A DNA stretch of 32,000 bases from Candidatus Hadarchaeota archaeon (GCA_964514965.1 CAZETV010000002.1:90001-122000), one strand, 5' to 3'; shown: positions 1 to 10,725, numbered from the stretch's first letter. Notes: generated by a model from the sequence alone, not told the origin. Translations and numbers: made by a program.

Positions 1-1083
1 GCTCCGCCCGACTCGCTGGAGCAAGCGAGTGGCCTGGCGAGGAGAATTGTACTGGATAACTAGGTCTATTCGCCCGATGTCCAACCCTAGCTCCATGCTC
101 GAAGTGCAGACGATCCCTTTGAGCTCACCCTGTTTCAGCCCTCGCTCGGACCGGAGCCTCGAGAAGCCCGACAGTGACCCATGGTGGACGCTGAGAGGAA
201 AACGAATATCCCAGAGGCGGAAGCGACTCGCCAAGATTTCAGCGGTTGCGCGTGTGTTGGTGAAGACGAGCGTGGAACCGTGCTCTTCGATTAACTTTCG
301 CATCGTGCGTAAACGGGCAGCAACTGGAGAGTAAGTGTAGAGTTCTGATGCCAGCCGTTCGTCGCGCTTGGTCGCTGCGGGGTAGAGGATATCCAGTTCC
401 AACTCACGAACGACGCTAACATCTACAACCTCGCATGATCTATCCACACCTGCCAGAAATCTGGCGACCTCCTGCGGGGAACCAATTGTGGCGGAAAGCC
501 CGATGAGCTGGAATTCTCCACCTTTGAGCTTGCGCAGCCTTTCGAGTGTGAGGGCAAGCTGTACCCCGCGCTTGTTGTCAGCCAGCTCGTGGACCTCGTC
601 AATAATCACCCACCGCACGCTTCGCAGGTGCTGACTCAGTCTCCGGCCCATCAGGAATATCTGAAGGGTCTCAGGAGTGGTGATCAAAACATCTGGTGGG
701 ATTAATGCCTGTGCTCGCCGCTCACGCGCCGCCGTGTCCCCGTGACGGACTGATATCCGTAGGTCGAGAGCACGACACCACCACTCCAGCCGCTCAAGCA
801 TGTCACGGTTGAGGGCCCGAAGTGGAGTGATGTAGATTACCTTTATCCCACGTTCGCGCGTCTGTGATACCAAGAGTTGGTGTAGCACCGGTAAGAAAGA
901 GGCTTCCGTCTTTCCCGTACCCGCTGGAGCAATCAGCAGAACATTTTTGCCTTCAAGGATTTTGGGAATTGCTCTGCTTTGTGGGTGGGTAGGCTCGGTG
1001 AATCCCCGCTCGGCCAGCAACTTTCGGATTGGTCTGGCCAGTGAATCAAACACGTTGGATTCGTCCGACGTTTTAAACCCCAT
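1..1083 (-). CDS. lhr: Lhr-like DEAD/DEAH-box ATP-dependent helicase, N-terminal part (gene runs off the window start)
   Basis: Manual minus-strand translation from the ATG (revcomp of 1081-1083) gives MGFKTSDESNVFDSLARPIRKLLAERGFTEPTHPQSRAIPKILEGKNVLLIAPAGTGKTEA... It has Walker A APAGTGKTEA, motif II DEVHEL and motif III SAT. The frame stays open to position 1. It is absent from the ORF track because it is truncated. Confidence 0.8.
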   Translation of the reverse strand, partial: MGFKTSDESNVFDSLARPIRKLLAERGFTEPTHPQSRAIPKILEGKNVLLIAPAGTGKTEASFLPVLHQLLVSQTRERGIKVIYITPLRALNRDMLERLEWWCRALDLRISVRHGDTAARERRAQALIPPDVLITTPETLQIFLMGRRLSQHLRSVRWVIIDEVHELADNKRGVQLALTLERLRKLKGGEFQLIGLSATIGSPQEVARFLAGVDRSCEVVDVSVVRELELDILYPAATKRDERLASELYTYSPVAARLRTMRKLIEEHGSTLVFTNTRATAEILASRFRLWDIRFPLSVHHGSLSGFSRLRSERGLKQGELKGIVCTSSMELGLDIGRIDLVIQYNSPRQATRLLQRVGRS

Positions 1084-1161
1084 GAACTTTTAGTCGGCTT
1101 TACTTATCAGTCTTGATTGCCAAATGGTGGTTTCACCCGTATGTGAATCGGGTCTTTAAAC

Positions 1162-1689
1162 CTAGCGGTAAGCGGCGCCCAGGTCCAACTTCCGGCGCAG
1201 CTCATCGAGTTTCAATTTCAGTTCAATATCTATCTTTCGCTGCTTCCCCGGGAGGAGACCTCTTAGATGCTCGGTCGACTCCTGATAGCGACCCATGCCC
1301 GCCGCGACAATCGCCCGATTCCTGAACTTGGGGTGAGAAGAAATCAGCCCGAAAGGCATTGGCAACCCTTCCTCCATGAGCTCGCGAATTTCATCGTCCA
1401 CCTTCCGAGCGGCCACCCGCGCCCCAGCACCGACCATCTCGTAAGGACTTTTTAACTCGCCCTTGATCTGCCAGATACCCACATCTGGGCCGTAAAAGAA
1501 GAGGTCTCTGTAGCCGTAATCATCACCACCAGTTAAAACCCGCCACTTGTTTTGAAGCTTGGGGAACTGCCTGTAGCGCTTGCGCATTTCCTCCATAATC
1601 TTCGATAGTGAACTAACATCCACGTTATCACCAGTATCGCACCTTGAAGTCTGAAAACCCGCCACGATAATTTTCCCATTCGACATCAA
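1162..1689 (-). CDS. Hypothetical protein, no family recognised
   Basis: 175-aa ORF that looks coding (KIIVAGFQT, GAGARVAARK, AIVAAGMGRY). The annotated start overlaps the acyP 3' end by 62 nt. An internal ATG at 1596 is an alternative start. Confidence 0.45.
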   Translation of the reverse strand: MMSNGKIIVAGFQTSRCDTGDNVDVSSLSKIMEEMRKRYRQFPKLQNKWRVLTGGDDYGYRDLFFYGPDVGIWQIKGELKSPYEMVGAGARVAARKVDDEIRELMEEGLPMPFGLISSHPKFRNRAIVAAGMGRYQESTEHLRGLLPGKQRKIDIELKLKLDELRRKLDLGAAYR

Positions 1690-1906
1690 CTTTGCTGACC
1701 GTGGCTCCAGAAGGACCGTGATTGCAAAAGTTCAGCACTCGCTCCACCGCATCCTTTTCGCCCTCGAACACCGCTTCGACTCGACCATCGTGTGTGTTTC
1801 TAACCCAACCGTGAACACCGAGTTGCTGCGCCAATTCTCGAGTGTAATATCTGAAAGAAACGCCCTGAACCATTCCAGATATCAGCACGTGGGCCCTCGC
1901 TTTCAT
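1628..1906 (-). CDS. acyP: Acylphosphatase
   Basis: 92 aa with the acylphosphatase signature VxGxVQGVxFR (ISGMVQGVSFRYYT) and GWVRN...GxVE. Confidence 0.9.
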   Translation of the reverse strand: MKARAHVLISGMVQGVSFRYYTRELAQQLGVHGWVRNTHDGRVEAVFEGEKDAVERVLNFCNHGPSGATVSKVDVEWENYRGGFSDFKVRYW

Positions 1907-1993
1907 TAAAATCCCATTTCAATTATGTGCGGCCTAACAAAAAATTGTTGCTCAAGAGGTAAACTTCATCTGCGCCAATTGATTTTCGATTTC

Positions 1994-2578
1994 CTACCTC
2001 GAAACGAACGGATTTCCCTGGACGAAAAACCTCAGCTTCCGCTTTAGGTCAGCACTCACTCCAATGCGATGCGAATCTCTTATCTTAAATTGTTCGACTC
2101 TACCTTCGATTATTGTCAATTCGCTCTTAGAGTTTGTTAAATCTAGTCCGTGGTGTTCACGTGTTATGCCCATAGCACGCGTCAGCTTCCCTGGTCCCGA
2201 CATCAATTCAAGTTCATCTGAAATCTGCCTTCGCTGGCGCATAAGTTCGACACCCTCCAACGGCATTAGCGCGCGAATAAACACTGACCCCGGTACGCCT
2301 TCCCGCTCGGTTGTTACGTTAAACAATTCATGTGCATGTATTGAATACACAAACGCCAATCCGCCACGCCACCACATTATCTCGTTTAGCCTTGTACGTT
2401 TGCGCGAGGCCCGGGAAGCCAGATCTCTCTTGCCGTAGTACGCTTCGACCTCGACGATATTGCCGCTCGTGAGACCTTCGCTCGTGCGGTGGATGAATAC
2501 TTTCCCCAGCAGTTCTCTGGCAACCGTGGAAGTGTCACGCTCGTAGAAATCTCTCGGGAGAGGATGCATGTTAACCAC
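1994..2578 (-). CDS. mpg: DNA-3-methyladenine glycosylase, MPG/AAG family
   Basis: LPRDFYERDTSTVARELLGK...IVEVEAYYG...GLAFVYSIHAHELFNV...VFIRAL.P..G...GPGKLTRAMGI matches the family pattern along its full length. Confidence 0.88.
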   Translation of the reverse strand: MVNMHPLPRDFYERDTSTVARELLGKVFIHRTSEGLTSGNIVEVEAYYGKRDLASRASRKRTRLNEIMWWRGGLAFVYSIHAHELFNVTTEREGVPGSVFIRALMPLEGVELMRQRRQISDELELMSGPGKLTRAMGITREHHGLDLTNSKSELTIIEGRVEQFKIRDSHRIGVSADLKRKLRFFVQGNPFVSR

Positions 2579-2640
2579 CCAGGATTTCTCCAGAATTGTT
2601 AAAAATATGTTCGACGTAACTAAAAGATGGAGGTTATGAT

Positions 2641-3303
2641 ATGGAGCTTGACCCGAAGGTAAAGGAGAGATACCCAGACTTCATCGCGGCTTATGCATTA
2701 GTGAGCGGCTTGACTATTGAGCCGGCCACCGAAGGGCTGATCGAGCGAAAGCGCGAAGTATTCAGCAACCTCAAGGCGAGCTATGGGGCCCAGAACGTGC
2801 TGGACCTAGCCGAATTGAAGACATACCGCGCATTTTTCAAAGTGATGGGTGCAGACCCTTCGAGCTATCGTCCCGCGCCGGAATATTTGCTCCGCCGAGC
2901 GCTCGATGATCGATTTCCTGCTGTCAACAACTTGGTTGACGCTTGTTTGCTTGCTACGATCGAGCACTTAGTGATGGTAGGGAGCTACGATGCTGACAAG
3001 GCAAAAGGGCAAGTTGTGACGACGCTGGCGACAGAGCCCAAGCCCTTCGAATTAATAAACGGACGAAAAATCAGCGCGAAGCCCGACGAAATCATCCTGC
3101 GAGATGATGCGAAGATGCTGGCGGCATACACTCTCGGTGACGCGAAAGCAGCGATGATCACGCAGAAAACATCAAATGCTTTAATCGTGATCTGGAACGC
3201 CCTTGGCATAACACGCGAAAGAGTTGAGGCAGCTCTCAACGCAACCACAACCTACGCTCGGAAGTTCTGCGGCGGTCATGTGGAGCGAAGTGAACTGCTT
3301 TAG
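2641..3303 (+). CDS. Stand-alone B3/B4 tRNA-binding domain protein (PheT B3/4-like)
   Basis: YRAFFKVMGADPSSYRPAPEYLLRRAL...FPAVNNLVDACLLATIEH is the typical B3_4 domain core. Confidence 0.7.
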   Translation: MELDPKVKERYPDFIAAYALVSGLTIEPATEGLIERKREVFSNLKASYGAQNVLDLAELKTYRAFFKVMGADPSSYRPAPEYLLRRALDDRFPAVNNLVDACLLATIEHLVMVGSYDADKAKGQVVTTLATEPKPFELINGRKISAKPDEIILRDDAKMLAAYTLGDAKAAMITQKTSNALIVIWNALGITRERVEAALNATTTYARKFCGGHVERSELL

Positions 3304-3312
3304 GTTGGCACA

Positions 3313-3522
3313 ATGCACCAGCTGACTTGGCTAGACATTGCGTTTGTTCTAATAGGAGTTGCCCTTTTGCTGCTTCCCATCTTGGGCAAGTATATTGACC
3401 TCTCACAGGTGCCGTCTTGGCTGATTTACATCTATCACAGTAATGGGTTCTACTTCTTGACTTCGCCATTACTACTCGTGCTCTCGATTGGTGCATTCAT
3501 CGCCTACATTTTGATGAGGTAA
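3313..3522 (+). CDS. Small two-TM membrane protein (DUF2905-like)
   Basis: 69 aa with two hydrophobic helices flanking LGKY...FYFLTSPLLLVLSIGAFIAYILMR. The resemblance to DUF2905 is from memory only. Confidence 0.45.
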   Translation: MHQLTWLDIAFVLIGVALLLLPILGKYIDLSQVPSWLIYIYHSNGFYFLTSPLLLVLSIGAFIAYILMR

Positions 3523-3761
3523 AGGACGAATGATTTTAGTTTCCAAACGTCGCCATGATATAAGGAGATAACATAACTTCGCAACTCTCGCTTCGCCAGC
3601 GGCAGGCGCTCCTCCTCAGCTCAAAAGACGGATGGGCGCCCGGCAAGGAAATCTTTATTCACTTCACGAACCCTGCTTTTACGCTCTCCACTCAAAACGG
3701 GGTCACGACGTTAGAATCACCCAAACGCAAGCTTAAGTTAAAGGACGACCCAATCACCATC

Positions 3762-4790
3762 TTGGAAAATTTTCTAGCCCAAGACTACTTCGCCGTTGGT
3801 TACTTGAGTTACGAATTTTTTAAGTACCTCGAGCGGGATTTTGTACCCAACCCGCGCAAAGATGGCGCCACTTTTCCAGACGCCTGTTTCTTATTTTTCG
3901 AAGGTGACGCTGCGCGAGGAAATATCGATGATTGGTGGGGTGAGAATGAGAATATAACCAGCTCAAAAAAGACATTCAACCCGCGCCCGAACATGACTAA
4001 ATCTAATTTCATCCGTATGGTCGAGCAGGCGCGCGACTACATCGGCAAAGGTGATATCTACCAAGTGAACCTCTCGCAACGCTTTGAGGTGCCGTTTGAT
4101 ATCCCGCCGCAATTGTTCCTCGCCAAGCTTTACAGGGTGCAGCCAGTCCCGTTCGCATGCTGCATGGACTTTGGGGAGTTCCAGCTTGTGAGCGGGTCCA
4201 TGGAGCTCTTTCTGAGGAGAAAGGGCAGACAATTGGTGACAAAACCGATTAAGGGCACCCGAAAACGAGGGGCAACTGCCGATGAAGACAAAGCCCTACG
4301 AGAAGAGCTCGCGGCAAGCAAAAAAGAGCGAGCCGAAAACCTCATGATTACTGATCTCATGCGTAACGACTTAGGGCGAGTTTGCGAGTACGGCAGCGTA
4401 AGAATAAACAATCTCTTCAAGATAGAATCCTATTCAACACTTTACCAGATGGTATCAGAGATAGAGGGCACCTTACGTGGTGAGATTACAATCAACAACA
4501 TGATCCAAAATACTTTCCCACCGGGCTCAATAACTGGAGCCCCCAAGCGTCGAGCTATGGAAATCATCGACGAGCTTGAGCCACATTTGCGGGGCCCTTA
4601 CTGTGGTGCCATCGGTATTTTCGAGCCTTCCGGCGACTTCACATTGAGCGTTGCAATCAGAGTGTTCGTTTCATCGCGGGGGAGAGGTACCTTCTGGGTA
4701 GGGGGAGGAATCATGTGGGACTCGGTACCCGAACAGGAGTACGAGGAAACCCTAATCAAAGCAAAAGCGATAATGAAAGCGCTCGCGTGA
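3762..4790 (+). CDS. pabB: Aminodeoxychorismate synthase component I (chorismate-binding enzyme family)
   Basis: YQVNLSQRF, PIKGTRKRG, KERAENLMITDLMRNDLGRV, FPPGSITGAPKRRAMEIIDELE, GGGIMWDSVPEQEYEET. The TTG at 3762 is the first canonical start, but PabB-like sequence continues in frame upstream to 3564 (see findings). Confidence 0.85.
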   Translation: MENFLAQDYFAVGYLSYEFFKYLERDFVPNPRKDGATFPDACFLFFEGDAARGNIDDWWGENENITSSKKTFNPRPNMTKSNFIRMVEQARDYIGKGDIYQVNLSQRFEVPFDIPPQLFLAKLYRVQPVPFACCMDFGEFQLVSGSMELFLRRKGRQLVTKPIKGTRKRGATADEDKALREELAASKKERAENLMITDLMRNDLGRVCEYGSVRINNLFKIESYSTLYQMVSEIEGTLRGEITINNMIQNTFPPGSITGAPKRRAMEIIDELEPHLRGPYCGAIGIFEPSGDFTLSVAIRVFVSSRGRGTFWVGGGIMWDSVPEQEYEETLIKAKAIMKALA

Positions 4791-4799
4791 GGTGGTGAG

Positions 4800-5615
4800 G
4801 TGAAGGAATTTATTTTTCTTGACGGGAAACCGTTAAAGCAAAAACTCCCGCTGCGCTCGTTGTTCTACGGTGAGGGACTCTTCGAAACCTTCAGGTGGCC
4901 CGGCTCACCACCCGTTTTCCTAAAAAAACACATCGATCGAATGAAACGGGGCTCTGAATTTCTTAAAATACCATTTCCCGCTGAACAAAACATGAAAAAT
5001 GCTTTGGACGATTCTGTAAACAAATCTGGCGTGAAGGATGCCTATGTAAAACTTTGTGTCCTTTGCGCTGGCCCCTCGAAATTTTACAAACTGGCGAACG
5101 AAGTACAGGTGCTAGTAATGGTTAAGGAATACGCGCCACCGAATAAATATGTAAGGGCCCATGTCGTCCCATTCAAGCGAATTTCCTCTTCCCCTCTATC
5201 CCGAATCAAGTCTATAAATTACCTTGAGAACATGCTCGCCCGAAGGGAGGCCGAGCGTAGGGGTTACGGCGAGGCGATATTCCTAAACGAGCGCGGCGAA
5301 GTGGCCGAAGGTAGTTCCACGAATATCTTTTGGGTAAAGCGAGGGGTCCTTTATACCCCTGCTCTTGAGTGTGGGCTCTTGCCCGGCATCACTAGGGAAG
5401 CGCTCATCTCGCTAGCCCCAGAACTGGATCTCGAATTAAAGGAAGGGAAATTCAACTTAAATGAAATCTTCGCGTCCCAGGGCGCGTTTTTCACTAACTC
5501 ATTGATAGGGATAGCGGCTATCACCGAGATAGACGAGACAGAATTGACCGTAGACGGGGCGCTTTTCGGCAGGCTCAGGAACTCCCTCTTTAGGAGACTT
5601 GGATGGGCCCCCTAA
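4800..5615 (+). CDS. pabC: Aminodeoxychorismate lyase / class IV (branched-chain/D-amino-acid) aminotransferase
   Basis: GEGLFETFR near the N-terminus, SINYLENMLARREAERRGYGEAIFLNERGEVAEGSSTNIFWV, LPGITR. It lies directly downstream of pabB with a GTG start. Confidence 0.75.
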   Translation: MKEFIFLDGKPLKQKLPLRSLFYGEGLFETFRWPGSPPVFLKKHIDRMKRGSEFLKIPFPAEQNMKNALDDSVNKSGVKDAYVKLCVLCAGPSKFYKLANEVQVLVMVKEYAPPNKYVRAHVVPFKRISSSPLSRIKSINYLENMLARREAERRGYGEAIFLNERGEVAEGSSTNIFWVKRGVLYTPALECGLLPGITREALISLAPELDLELKEGKFNLNEIFASQGAFFTNSLIGIAAITEIDETELTVDGALFGRLRNSLFRRLGWAP

Positions 5616-5956
5616 CTTTTTTCTTTCAACTTCAAAATTGCCTCGGCGATGTCGCCACCTGTTTCCTTGAGCACCTGCATTGCGGCCTCTAGCTCGACTC
5701 CCGCCTGATCCATCACCAGCTTGATGTCATCTTCGCTCGGCCCTAGCTCTAGCTTTCGCTCGAACTCCTGCCCGCTCACCTGATAGCTCCGCTGTCCTGC
5801 CATCTCGGTGCGCGTCACCTGAGCGTTGGATATCACGATTTCCCGGTCTGCGAGCTTGATTACGACCTCTTGCACACCCTCAAGCTCATCCATTTTAACT
5901 CCCATCTGCCGCATCGCACGCTCCATCTGCCGCCGGTCTATCCGTTTTGGAAACAC
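5612..5956 (-). CDS. nac: Nascent polypeptide-associated complex protein (NAC domain + C-terminal UBA)
   Basis: RQMERAMRQMGVKMDELEGVQEVVIKLADREIVISNAQV... followed by a C-terminal UBA-like DDIKLVMDQAGVELEAAMQVLKETGGDIAEAI. Confidence 0.9.
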   Translation of the reverse strand: MFPKRIDRRQMERAMRQMGVKMDELEGVQEVVIKLADREIVISNAQVTRTEMAGQRSYQVSGQEFERKLELGPSEDDIKLVMDQAGVELEAAMQVLKETGGDIAEAILKLKEKS

Positions 5957-5984
5957 TAAACCAACCTCGGCGTTTCAAACGCTG

Positions 5985-6512
5985 CTAACTCAATGCCCTT
6001 TGCCCTTTTTTTTCCATCCGTTCATTTATACCACCTAACCCTCTTCTAACTTCTACTGCTTTACCGACTTTAAACGCTATCATTTCCTCACCAGTTAATA
6101 AGGTTTTACCGCTCGCTAGCAGACGGTCCCGTGAATCCACGACTAGCACCTCCTCGGCAGGCCTTATCTCAGGGTCCGCTGCCACGACGTGTTTTGCGAA
6201 CACTGTCTTTCCCTGCGCTACAAAAGGTGCCGCATCGTCGCTCACCACCACTCGAAGGCTAGGTGGCTTGAGTGTCCGATGCACTAGCTCGGCTCCTTTT
6301 CGATTAAGAATGATGAAACCATCGGAGGCGCGAATCGAACACAATGGCTCGCCGGTCAATAGAACTTGACGAATTCTCCCTCTACTTTTCAACACTTGGA
6401 CGCTGCTGGGAAAAAGTGCCTGCCCAACCCCACGGCCGAATAAATAGTCCGCCACCGCGCGTAGTTTAAACAGTTCTTTCCCCGTTGGTTCCTGCAAACG
6501 ACCACCGTGCAA
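5985..6512 (-). CDS. PUA-domain RNA-binding protein (archaeosine-TGT C-terminal-like)
   Basis: LRAVADYLFGRGVGQALFP...GRIRQVLLTGEPLCSIRASDGFIILNRKGAELV, followed by a PUA-like C-terminal half (VVSDDAAPFVAQGKTVFAKHVV...GEEMIAFKVGKAVEV). TTG start. Confidence 0.65.
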   Translation of the reverse strand: MHGGRLQEPTGKELFKLRAVADYLFGRGVGQALFPSSVQVLKSRGRIRQVLLTGEPLCSIRASDGFIILNRKGAELVHRTLKPPSLRVVVSDDAAPFVAQGKTVFAKHVVAADPEIRPAEEVLVVDSRDRLLASGKTLLTGEEMIAFKVGKAVEVRRGLGGINERMEKKGQRALS

Positions 6513-6643
6513 AATTGACTGCGGCTAGTGAAAAAGTTTTGGGGCGTTGGATATTCTAAATATGACACGCTATGCTCAGCGCCTTTTTGTTAATGAGGCG
6601 ATGAGATTTTAAGGATTCACACCTGAGAGAGCTTGGGAGCTCG

Positions 6644-7687
6644 ATGATACTTACCTTTGAACAGGAAAAAACCATCATTCGAACATTGCTACAGAAGCTC
6701 GGTGTGGACGAAGAGCAATCCAGCGCCACGGCCGAAGTCTTAGCTGAGGGCGACCTCCGCGGCTTCTCCTCCCACGGCCTTCTCCGCCTGCCCTACATCC
6801 TGAGGGCGCTAAAGCGAGGTACGATCATCGCCAATGCAAAGGTCGAAATCATGCGCGAAACTCCGGCGACCGCGCTCATTAACGGTGGGCACGGGCTGGG
6901 CCACTACACCGGGATGCGAGCGATACGCACAGCAATCGAAAAGGCGAAAAAACAGGGTGTGGCCGCAGTCGGCGTTTATAACTCAAACCATTTCGGCATC
7001 GCAGGGTACTACGCTGAGTTAGCGATGCGTGAAGAGTTGATCGCCATCGTGACCACAACTACCGACGCACTCGTTCACCCTTGGGGCGGCGTCGAACCCT
7101 TGCTTGGAACAAACGCTCTGGCCATCGGCATCCCCTCCAAGCCTCCCGTTTTGCTCGACATGGCGATGAGCGTCGCGGCACGTGGTAAGCTCGTTAAAGC
7201 GATGAAGGAAGGCAAACCCATTTCTGAAAATTGGGCAATCGATTCTGAAGGACGACCGACGACCGATCCTGAGAAAGGCCTAGAGGGAGCGCTCAGCCCA
7301 TTTGGAGGGGTCAAGGGCTACGGGTTGGCTTTCATGCTCGAAATATTAGCAGGCCCGCTGGTGGGTGCCGCTGCAGGGAAGGAAGTTCACGGCACACTCG
7401 AGCCAGTGGAGGGTTTTTCCACCAAAGGAGACCTCATGGTCGTGATTGACCCGGCAAAATTCGGATCAATCGATGAATTCAAGGCACGCATTCAAAAGTT
7501 TGTGACGCAGCTCAAGGAATCCCGCAAGGCTCCAGGTGTTAAAGAGATTTTGGTGCCTGGTGAACCTGAGTTCTGCATCCGAGAGAAGCGACTTCAGGAA
7601 GGCATCCCGATAGCCGACGAAGTTTGGACCGAACTTGAGCAGATTGCAAAGGATTTAGGGGTAAATATAAAACCCCCTAAAAAATAA
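6644..7687 (+). CDS. Ldh2-family malate / (S)-sulfolactate dehydrogenase
   Basis: AEGDLRGFSSHGLLRLPYILRALKRG, NSNHFGIAGYYA, GTNALAIGIP and GGVKGYGLAFMLEILAGPL are typical of PF02615-type enzymes. Confidence 0.85.
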   Translation: MILTFEQEKTIIRTLLQKLGVDEEQSSATAEVLAEGDLRGFSSHGLLRLPYILRALKRGTIIANAKVEIMRETPATALINGGHGLGHYTGMRAIRTAIEKAKKQGVAAVGVYNSNHFGIAGYYAELAMREELIAIVTTTTDALVHPWGGVEPLLGTNALAIGIPSKPPVLLDMAMSVAARGKLVKAMKEGKPISENWAIDSEGRPTTDPEKGLEGALSPFGGVKGYGLAFMLEILAGPLVGAAAGKEVHGTLEPVEGFSTKGDLMVVIDPAKFGSIDEFKARIQKFVTQLKESRKAPGVKEILVPGEPEFCIREKRLQEGIPIADEVWTELEQIAKDLGVNIKPPKK

Positions 7688-7732
7688 CAAACAATTTCAG
7701 TAATGTCTACGGAACCAACTCTTCAAACAGAC

Positions 7733-8296
7733 TCAATTTCGTTTCAAGTAATCGATAAGCTCGCTTGATATCAGCGGCTTGTCCTTGACGAGCGGGAACG
7801 CATATGACAAAAATGTTGAATATACCTCGCTTATTTGAATTTCAAGCCCACGCTGCACGAGCAACTCCTCGAGTCGCTTGCCTTCGAACACCCGCTTGGC
7901 CATGTATACCGCGCCGTCTATCGCGAATTGATGCTTTCCTAGATTTCGTGCGAGAGCCCTAGGCAACGATGCGGTCAGCAATTTTCTGGTCCGCCCGAGC
8001 GGAGGCTCCCCGCCCAAGATGCCACCGATGACGATTGCCCGCTTACCCCGCATGTCATCGGGTGATAGCTTTTTTCTCGCGCGAGGGTCGAGCACAACCA
8101 ACTCCTTTTGATTAAAAATTTCCTTTACTCGTCTTCGTTCAACCTGTGTCATGCGTTTAATCTTTTGGGATTCTTTTATCTTTTTCACGTTTGTTAAGAT
8201 CAGGTTATTTTTCCCGACGATTCGCGCTGCATTCGAATACTCAATGGAAATCCATTCGCTCAACTTAGGCTCAAGGTGCTCGATGACGAATAACAT
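7733..8296 (-). CDS. SPOUT-class SAM-dependent methyltransferase, DUF431/Sfm1-like
   Basis: MLFVIEHLEPKLSEWISIEYS and VLDPRARKKLSPDD...VIGGILGGEPPLGRTRKL parallel yeast Sfm1 (IIEHMEEGFSEWVILEYS; LLDPRA...GGILGDHPPRDRT), recalled from memory. Confidence 0.8.
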   Translation of the reverse strand: MLFVIEHLEPKLSEWISIEYSNAARIVGKNNLILTNVKKIKESQKIKRMTQVERRRVKEIFNQKELVVLDPRARKKLSPDDMRGKRAIVIGGILGGEPPLGRTRKLLTASLPRALARNLGKHQFAIDGAVYMAKRVFEGKRLEELLVQRGLEIQISEVYSTFLSYAFPLVKDKPLISSELIDYLKRN

Positions 8297-8389
8297 TGGC
8301 TATCCCAAACAGTTTATTGGCGACGATATAACTAAAATGCTTAAAAAACAGTGCAACCTTCGCAAAACAGACCCTGCAACGGGTCAACG

Positions 8390-9631
8390 CTAAGTTTTTT
8401 TCGTTAGCAGCTCAACAACAGGCATTTTCTCGCCAGAAAGAAAACTTATGCATGCGCCGCCGCCAGTGCTGATATGTTTTATCCGGTCGGTAACTCCTGC
8501 TTCACGCGCAGCTGCCACTATATGTCCTCCGCCGATTATTGTGAAAGCTTGGGAGTTTGCCATGGCTTTAAGCACTTTGAAAGTTCCCTGTTCGAATCCT
8601 TGCTTTTCAAAAATTCCCAGCGGACCATTTATGACGACAGTTTTCGCCCCCAAGATTACCTTCGAGTACTCCTCGACCGTTTTGCTTCCAATGTCTCCAA
8701 TAGGTAGGTCTGTCGGGAGCTTATCTACTCCTAGTTCTTTCGGTGTTTCTTTCTCCTCAACAATTAAGTCAGAAGGAATTTTTATCTTGTCTCCGTGCTG
8801 GGAAAGCAAACGCTTAGCCCGCTCTATTTCTTCACCAAAACCTTTATCGAGCAAAAATTGTAGGTTCAGCTTACCCAAATCCTTGCCACTTGCCGCAAGA
8901 AGGGCATGCCCGACCAAGCCCCCCGTTAACACGAAGTCCGCAATACCCTTAGCAAATACATTTTCGATTATGGTGAGTGAATCATCAGCTTTCGCGCCCC
9001 CCAACACATAAACGGAGGGGTGCTCAGGAGTCAACGCGCGACCCAGCCCTTTGAGTTCACGTTCCATAAGCCGCCCAGCAAAGGTCGGCAGCACAGCGCC
9101 AAACCCAACCAAAGAAGGCTGGGATCGGTGGGCTGCGCCGAACGCATCATTCACGTAGATATCTACAAGTTCAGCGAGCCTTTTAACTAGATGAGTTTTC
9201 GCCATCTTCTCGGGAGAACCTTTCAATGTTTCCTCGGCGCAGAATCTTACGTTCTCAAGCAGCAGTATCTCACCCGATTGCATTTTCTGGATTTCGGACT
9301 TGGCCGTTGGCCCGAAAATGTCCGGGATATATTTAACATCTAAACCGACATCAGCACTCAATTTTTTCGAGTGTTCCTCCAGAGTAGTGAAATCTTCATC
9401 GCCAGGCCTCCCTTGGTGGGCGAGAACGACGACTTTTGCTCCTTTTTCTGCCAGTTCTTTGATGGTAGGAGCACATTCTCTTATCCGCGTGTCGTCTAAG
9501 ATTTCACCAGTTTTTGGGTCGATGGGTGCGTTTATGTCCACTCGCACGAGCACTGTCTTTCCTTTAACTTCAGCCTTATCGAGGGTAGGAAATTCCAAAC
9601 CTTTCACCCCATACGCCAGCACGGGCGTCAT
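8390..9631 (-). CDS. pgk: Phosphoglycerate kinase
   Basis: 413 aa with GKTVLVRVDINAPIDPKTGEILDDTRI, LAHQGRPG, AFGAAHR and ISTGGGA. Confidence 0.95.
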   Translation of the reverse strand: MTPVLAYGVKGLEFPTLDKAEVKGKTVLVRVDINAPIDPKTGEILDDTRIRECAPTIKELAEKGAKVVVLAHQGRPGDEDFTTLEEHSKKLSADVGLDVKYIPDIFGPTAKSEIQKMQSGEILLLENVRFCAEETLKGSPEKMAKTHLVKRLAELVDIYVNDAFGAAHRSQPSLVGFGAVLPTFAGRLMERELKGLGRALTPEHPSVYVLGGAKADDSLTIIENVFAKGIADFVLTGGLVGHALLAASGKDLGKLNLQFLLDKGFGEEIERAKRLLSQHGDKIKIPSDLIVEEKETPKELGVDKLPTDLPIGDIGSKTVEEYSKVILGAKTVVINGPLGIFEKQGFEQGTFKVLKAMANSQAFTIIGGGHIVAAAREAGVTDRIKHISTGGGACISFLSGEKMPVVELLTKKT

Positions 9632-9659
9632 GACAAATTATTTCTTAAAATTGCCCCCA

Positions 9660-10661
<1,002 letters not shown>

Positions 10662-10725
10662 TTAAACCCCTCCTAATTCATTCACCAAAAACGTTATTTA
10701 AACTTTTTCGTCACCCCATTCTTAG

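Noticed and set aside
29-334. Plus-strand 101-aa ORF and many similar ORFs antisense to pgk, gap, the isomerase, ribH and others
   Set aside because: They lie entirely within, and antisense to, genes with strong family signatures. Their compositions are Ser/Arg/Pro-rich, typical of antisense frames.
1628-1689. 62-nt same-strand overlap between acyP and the downstream hypothetical gene
   Set aside because: This is probably a start-codon assignment issue, since an internal ATG at 1596 removes the overlap, rather than a biological feature.
3561-3563. In-frame TAA inside the pabB upstream homology as a possible stop-codon reassignment
   Set aside because: TAA clearly terminates other genes in the window, for example the 69-aa membrane protein, dph5-region genes and the surface-protein tail. 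A recoded genetic code is therefore not supported.
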